This document shows positions 46,636 through 49,446 of a stretch of DNA of 49,446 nucleotides, piece after piece (positions within the stretch are counted from its first letter, which is position 1; the number at the start of each line of letters is the position of its first letter). A program made the position numbers and the translations under genes. The notes below the pieces were generated by a model. It was not told where the DNA came from. It saw only the letters and a list, made by a program, of their open reading frames with translations, and searched no databases. The DNA is from Gemmatimonadota bacterium (GTDB taxonomy: Bacteria; Gemmatimonadota; Gemmatimonadetes; Palauibacterales; KS3-K002): contig JAZGAL010000021.1 in assembly GCA_036475815.1 (NCBI GenBank), positions 1 to 49,446 on the forward strand. The letters run 5' to 3'.

Positions 46636-46796
46636 AATGGCTACAAAGCTGGATCGTCCATAAGACTCTGGCGAAGCCCGTGCCCGTCAGCATAGCCGCC
46701 GTGCTGGGCTGTTGACCGGCGGGCAGTAAAGGGGCTCGAGCTGTTTGTAGTGTACGATACGTTTCCCGGTCCCTAACCACCCAGAAGGAGGTAGTA

Positions 46797-47489
46797 ATGC
46801 TGGAATCGCGACGCAGCGGGTGGCTTCTTGCCGCCTCCGTGTTCCTGCTCAGCGCCTGTAGCAGCGGCGGCGAGCAGGGCGGTCAGTCGGCGGCCGCCAA
46901 CCCGTGCAACCCATGCGCGGCGAAGAACGTCTGTAATCCTTGTGCGGCGATGAATCCCTGCGCAGCCCAGAACCCCTGTAATCCTTGTGCGGCGAACCCG
47001 TGCAACCCGTGTGCGGCGGCGATGGGGAAGATCGATGGATCCAAGATCCGTCAGGGGTATAACAAGCTGAGCAGTGGGGGGCACAGCGAGACAGAGCTGG
47101 TCGCTATGGGCGAGAAGCTCTGGAACGACAAGTCGCTGAGCGGCGCTGGCACGACATCGTGCTCGACGTGCCATGTCAACAAGTACGCCATGATGAACAA
47201 GACCTTCGCCGACCCGTATCCGCACACTGTTGCGATGGCGAAGGAGCGTGCCGGCCTGGACAAGGTCAACGCGGCGGAGATGGTTCAGCTCTGCATGGTC
47301 ATCCCGATGCAGAACGAGCCTCTCGATTGGAACTCGGTGGAGCTTGCGGCTCTCTCCGAGTATGTTACCTCCATTCAGAGTGGGTATGCGGGGATGAACC
47401 CGTGCAATCCGTGCATGGGCATGAACCCCTGCAACCCATGCAAGGGCATGAATCCGTGCAACCCTTGCAAGGGGAAGGGTGGTAACTAG
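46797..47489 (+). CDS. Lipoprotein monohaem cytochrome c (SoxA/TsdA-like domain) flanked by Asn-Pro-Cys repeats
   Basis: RBS AAGGAGG; lipobox LSAC; CSTCH; YPH...MVQLCMVIPM..PLDWNSVELAALSEYV; NPC arrays at both ends. Confidence 0.8.
   Translation: MLESRRSGWLLAASVFLLSACSSGGEQGGQSAAANPCNPCAAKNVCNPCAAMNPCAAQNPCNPCAANPCNPCAAAMGKIDGSKIRQGYNKLSSGGHSETELVAMGEKLWNDKSLSGAGTTSCSTCHVNKYAMMNKTFADPYPHTVAMAKERAGLDKVNAAEMVQLCMVIPMQNEPLDWNSVELAALSEYVTSIQSGYAGMNPCNPCMGMNPCNPCKGMNPCNPCKGKGGN
46899..47012 (+). repeat. Coding NPC/CNPC repeat array (9 Cys)
   Basis: NPCNPCAAKNVCNPCAAMNPCAAQNPCNPCAANPCNPC, with varied synonymous codons. Confidence 0.95.
47394..47474 (+). repeat. Three 27-bp coding repeats MNPCNPC(M/K)G (6 Cys)
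   Basis: atgaacccgtgcaatccgtgcatgggc / atgaacccctgcaacccatgcaagggc / atgaatccgtgcaacccttgcaagggg. Confidence 0.95.
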
Positions 47490-47516
47490 CGACACCCGTC
47501 GCAGTGAGGTGCGGTC

Positions 47517-48821
47517 TTGAGAGCACCCGCAAGAGCAGGAACGAGCTGGGCCCGGTCGGTAACGGCCGGGCCCGCTGTTGTGGTGGTTGCCGTACTTGCG
47601 GCCCTGGCCTCGTGTTCCGACTCGAGGTCCCGGGCCGGGGCGGGCGTCGACGTCGCCTCTTTGCCTGCGGAGCTGCGCGTCTTCAGCGATGCGGACGACT
47701 TCTTGGATGGGTACTGGCTGCGGCCGATACCGCTGCAGGGTGCCGCGCCGCAGAGCTTCTCGCCGCTGGAAGCATCGCTGGAGCCGGCGACGTGCGGGAC
47801 CTGCCACGCTCAGCAGTACGCGGACTGGCAGACCAGCGTGCATGCGGGCGCCTATTCTCCGGGACTATCCGGTCAGTTGGTGAACTGGGAGGAGAACTGG
47901 TACGAGAGCGTACGTGAGTGCCTGGTCTGTCATGCGCCGCTGTCCGAGCAATCGGCCCAGGTGCCTGAGGTTGCAGGTACACTGGTTCCCAACCCCCTGT
48001 TTGACCCGACGCTTCGGAATAATGGACTTGTGTGCCCGGCCTGCCACGTGCGCGGCTGGCAGCGCTATGGTCCGCCGCGTCGTGATGGGTCGCTCTCCGC
48101 ATCGCCGCCGGGCTCGCCGCACGGCGGTGTGAAGCGCACGCCTTTCTTCGAGGACTCACGGTTTTGCTCCGGCTGCCACCAATTCGAGTTCCCCGCGCCT
48201 AACGGCAAGTCGCTCCAGAACACGTACAGGGAGTGGTCGCTGAGCCGTTATGCGGAGGAGGGCGTTGGCTGCCAGGGCTGCCATATGCCGGATCGCCGCC
48301 ATCTGTGGCGGGGCGTGCACGACTCGACGATGGTGAGCGATGGCGTCACGATCGAGTGGGCCGCGCCGGCCCGCTCCGCGGCCGGCGGCGATGCGGTGGT
48401 CCTCCGCATCACGAACAGCGGGACGGGGCATCGATTCCCGACCTATGTGACTCCCGAGGTCTGGGTCCGCATCGAGCTGCTCGATGGCGACGGCCGGGTG
48501 ATCGATGGCGCGGGTGTCGAGACAGCTATCAGGCGCATCGTGGAGAGCCGGGGCGGCGTTTGGGTCGAGGTATCCGACACCCGTCTATCACCGGACAGCA
48601 GCCTGACCGTTGTGGCGTCTGTCGGAGCGTCCGGCGCTCGCTTCGCTCGCGGCAGGGTGGTCGTGTATCCAGATGCGTTCTACGAGGAGGTCTTCGACGG
48701 GATGCTGGCCGCCGCCCCCACCGCCCTGAGTGACACCTCGCGAGCGCTGATCTCCACTGCCCGGCGTCGGGCGAGCGAGAGCTCCTTTACGATCTTCGAC
48801 GAGACGATCCCGATTCGTTGA
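47517..48821 (+). CDS. Pentahaem c-type cytochrome lipoprotein (cytochrome c554-like N-terminal region)
   Basis: Lipobox LASC; CGTCH, CLVCH, CPACH, CSGCH and CQGCH; QYADWQTSVHA; TNSGTGHRFPT. Start uncertain. Confidence 0.85.
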   Translation: MRAPARAGTSWARSVTAGPAVVVVAVLAALASCSDSRSRAGAGVDVASLPAELRVFSDADDFLDGYWLRPIPLQGAAPQSFSPLEASLEPATCGTCHAQQYADWQTSVHAGAYSPGLSGQLVNWEENWYESVRECLVCHAPLSEQSAQVPEVAGTLVPNPLFDPTLRNNGLVCPACHVRGWQRYGPPRRDGSLSASPPGSPHGGVKRTPFFEDSRFCSGCHQFEFPAPNGKSLQNTYREWSLSRYAEEGVGCQGCHMPDRRHLWRGVHDSTMVSDGVTIEWAAPARSAAGGDAVVLRITNSGTGHRFPTYVTPEVWVRIELLDGDGRVIDGAGVETAIRRIVESRGGVWVEVSDTRLSPDSSLTVVASVGASGARFARGRVVVYPDAFYEEVFDGMLAAAPTALSDTSRALISTARRRASESSFTIFDETIPIR

Positions 48822-48891
48822 GCAGCCGCCGCGTGCGAAATTCGGGCGTGGCATCTGGACGGTGGAACCGGAGCGCGTAGGTTCGTAGTGA

Positions 48892-49167
48892 GTGCTGACC
48901 ATGGATGATCCCGTACTGATTGCCAAGATAATCGGCGCTGCCGTGGCGTTCGGCCTGGGTATCTGGATTGGAATCGGGACGCCGGGGCTCAAGCGTCCCG
49001 CGCAGAGCCGGCCGTGGCGTGCCGCCGATCGCCTACATGCCACGTGGATCAACCGCGTCTTCTTCCGCATGGAGCGCCCGGCGCGACGCTTGGATGCCAG
49101 CCGTTTGATCGTGCCCAAGGATGAGCCGGAAAAACCGTCGGGCGAGCGGACTGAGGGTGAGAACTAG
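48892..49167 (+). CDS. Small hypothetical membrane-anchored protein
   Basis: One N-terminal TM segment and a basic tail. Fills the gap between neighbours. Start 48892 or 48901. Confidence 0.5.
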   Translation: MLTMDDPVLIAKIIGAAVAFGLGIWIGIGTPGLKRPAQSRPWRAADRLHATWINRVFFRMERPARRLDASRLIVPKDEPEKPSGERTEGEN

Positions 49168-49446
49168 GAGAGCGTGGTAGATTCCTGCTTCTCATGCACG
49201 CGTAGCGTGCGCAGCCTTGCCAATGCGGCCGCCAGCTCGTAGATGCGGAACGTTGCGAGGTCTCCCGGCTGTCGCTCGTCGATCGTCTTGAGTCCTCTGC
49301 GCCGCAGCTCCTCCATCAGACCGGTCAGTGCTTCGCGCATGGTGCGACGCCCGTCGAACCAATGTGCGCTGGCGTAGACCATCGCCCAGGCGATGCCTCG
49401 GACCTGGGCCTCTTCCACAATCTGTTCCAGGGCGCTGAGATCGAGC
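49164..49446 (-). CDS. C-terminus of an ABC-ATPase-domain (PF09818-like) protein, 5' part outside the window
   Basis: Frame is open to the window edge: LDLSALEQIVEEAQVRGIA...GDLATFRIYELAAALARLRTLRV, resembling the conserved tail of this family. Confidence 0.65.
   Translation of the reverse strand, partial: LDLSALEQIVEEAQVRGIAWAMVYASAHWFDGRRTMREALTGLMEELRRRGLKTIDERQPGDLATFRIYELAAALARLRTLRVHEKQESTTLS

Noticed and set aside
47421-47474. CNPCK read as NrfA-type CxxCK haem-binding motifs
   Set aside because: They are units of the NPC repeat (other units end in A or M) and too closely spaced for haem packing; no dedicated lyase genes are nearby.
46899-47474. NPC repeats as a CRISPR array or RiPP precursor
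   Set aside because: The repeats are in-frame, codon-degenerate and have no spacers. They are part of a lipoprotein cytochrome, and the nearest radical SAM is a clear QueE.

Overview
GC-rich bacterial chromosome segment with no mobile element, CRISPR array, rRNA or tRNA that I can see. Gene content and protein style resemble Gemmatimonadota, but that is an inference. Left part: truncated carB, a HerA-type ATPase, two paralogous exported proteins, an sbcD(mre11)-sbcC(rad50) pair in which sbcD carries a single frameshift, and a DUF2723/TMEM260-like glycosyltransferase. From about 13.5 kb to 41.7 kb lies a respiratory and haem super-cluster. It contains a minus-strand caa3-type oxidase operon with ctaG and an HmuY-like gene. 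A central module follows: an AhbD/NirJ-like radical SAM, Mrp/ApbC, a Zn-ribbon protein, a ferredoxin and a double-USP protein, three of which carry the small PCP_red-like helical domain. Then a plus-strand operon has a CydA-like (cytochrome bd-like) protein with no Q-loop and no cydB, followed by three c-type cytochromes, a cupredoxin-like lipoprotein, a second complete A1-type haem-copper oxidase, ctaB and DUF420, with a convergent ctaA. Right part: ABC exporter, ftsH, queE-queD, a lipoprotein cytochrome c flanked by Asn-Pro-Cys repeats behind an ECF-like promoter and a structured leader, a pentahaem cytochrome, and a truncated ABC-ATPase gene. Best candidates for undescribed biology: (1) the bd-like/cytochrome c/aa3 operon with its PCP_red-tagged accessory module, and (2) the NPC-repeat cytochrome locus. 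All calls come from reading motifs by eye; no searches were run.
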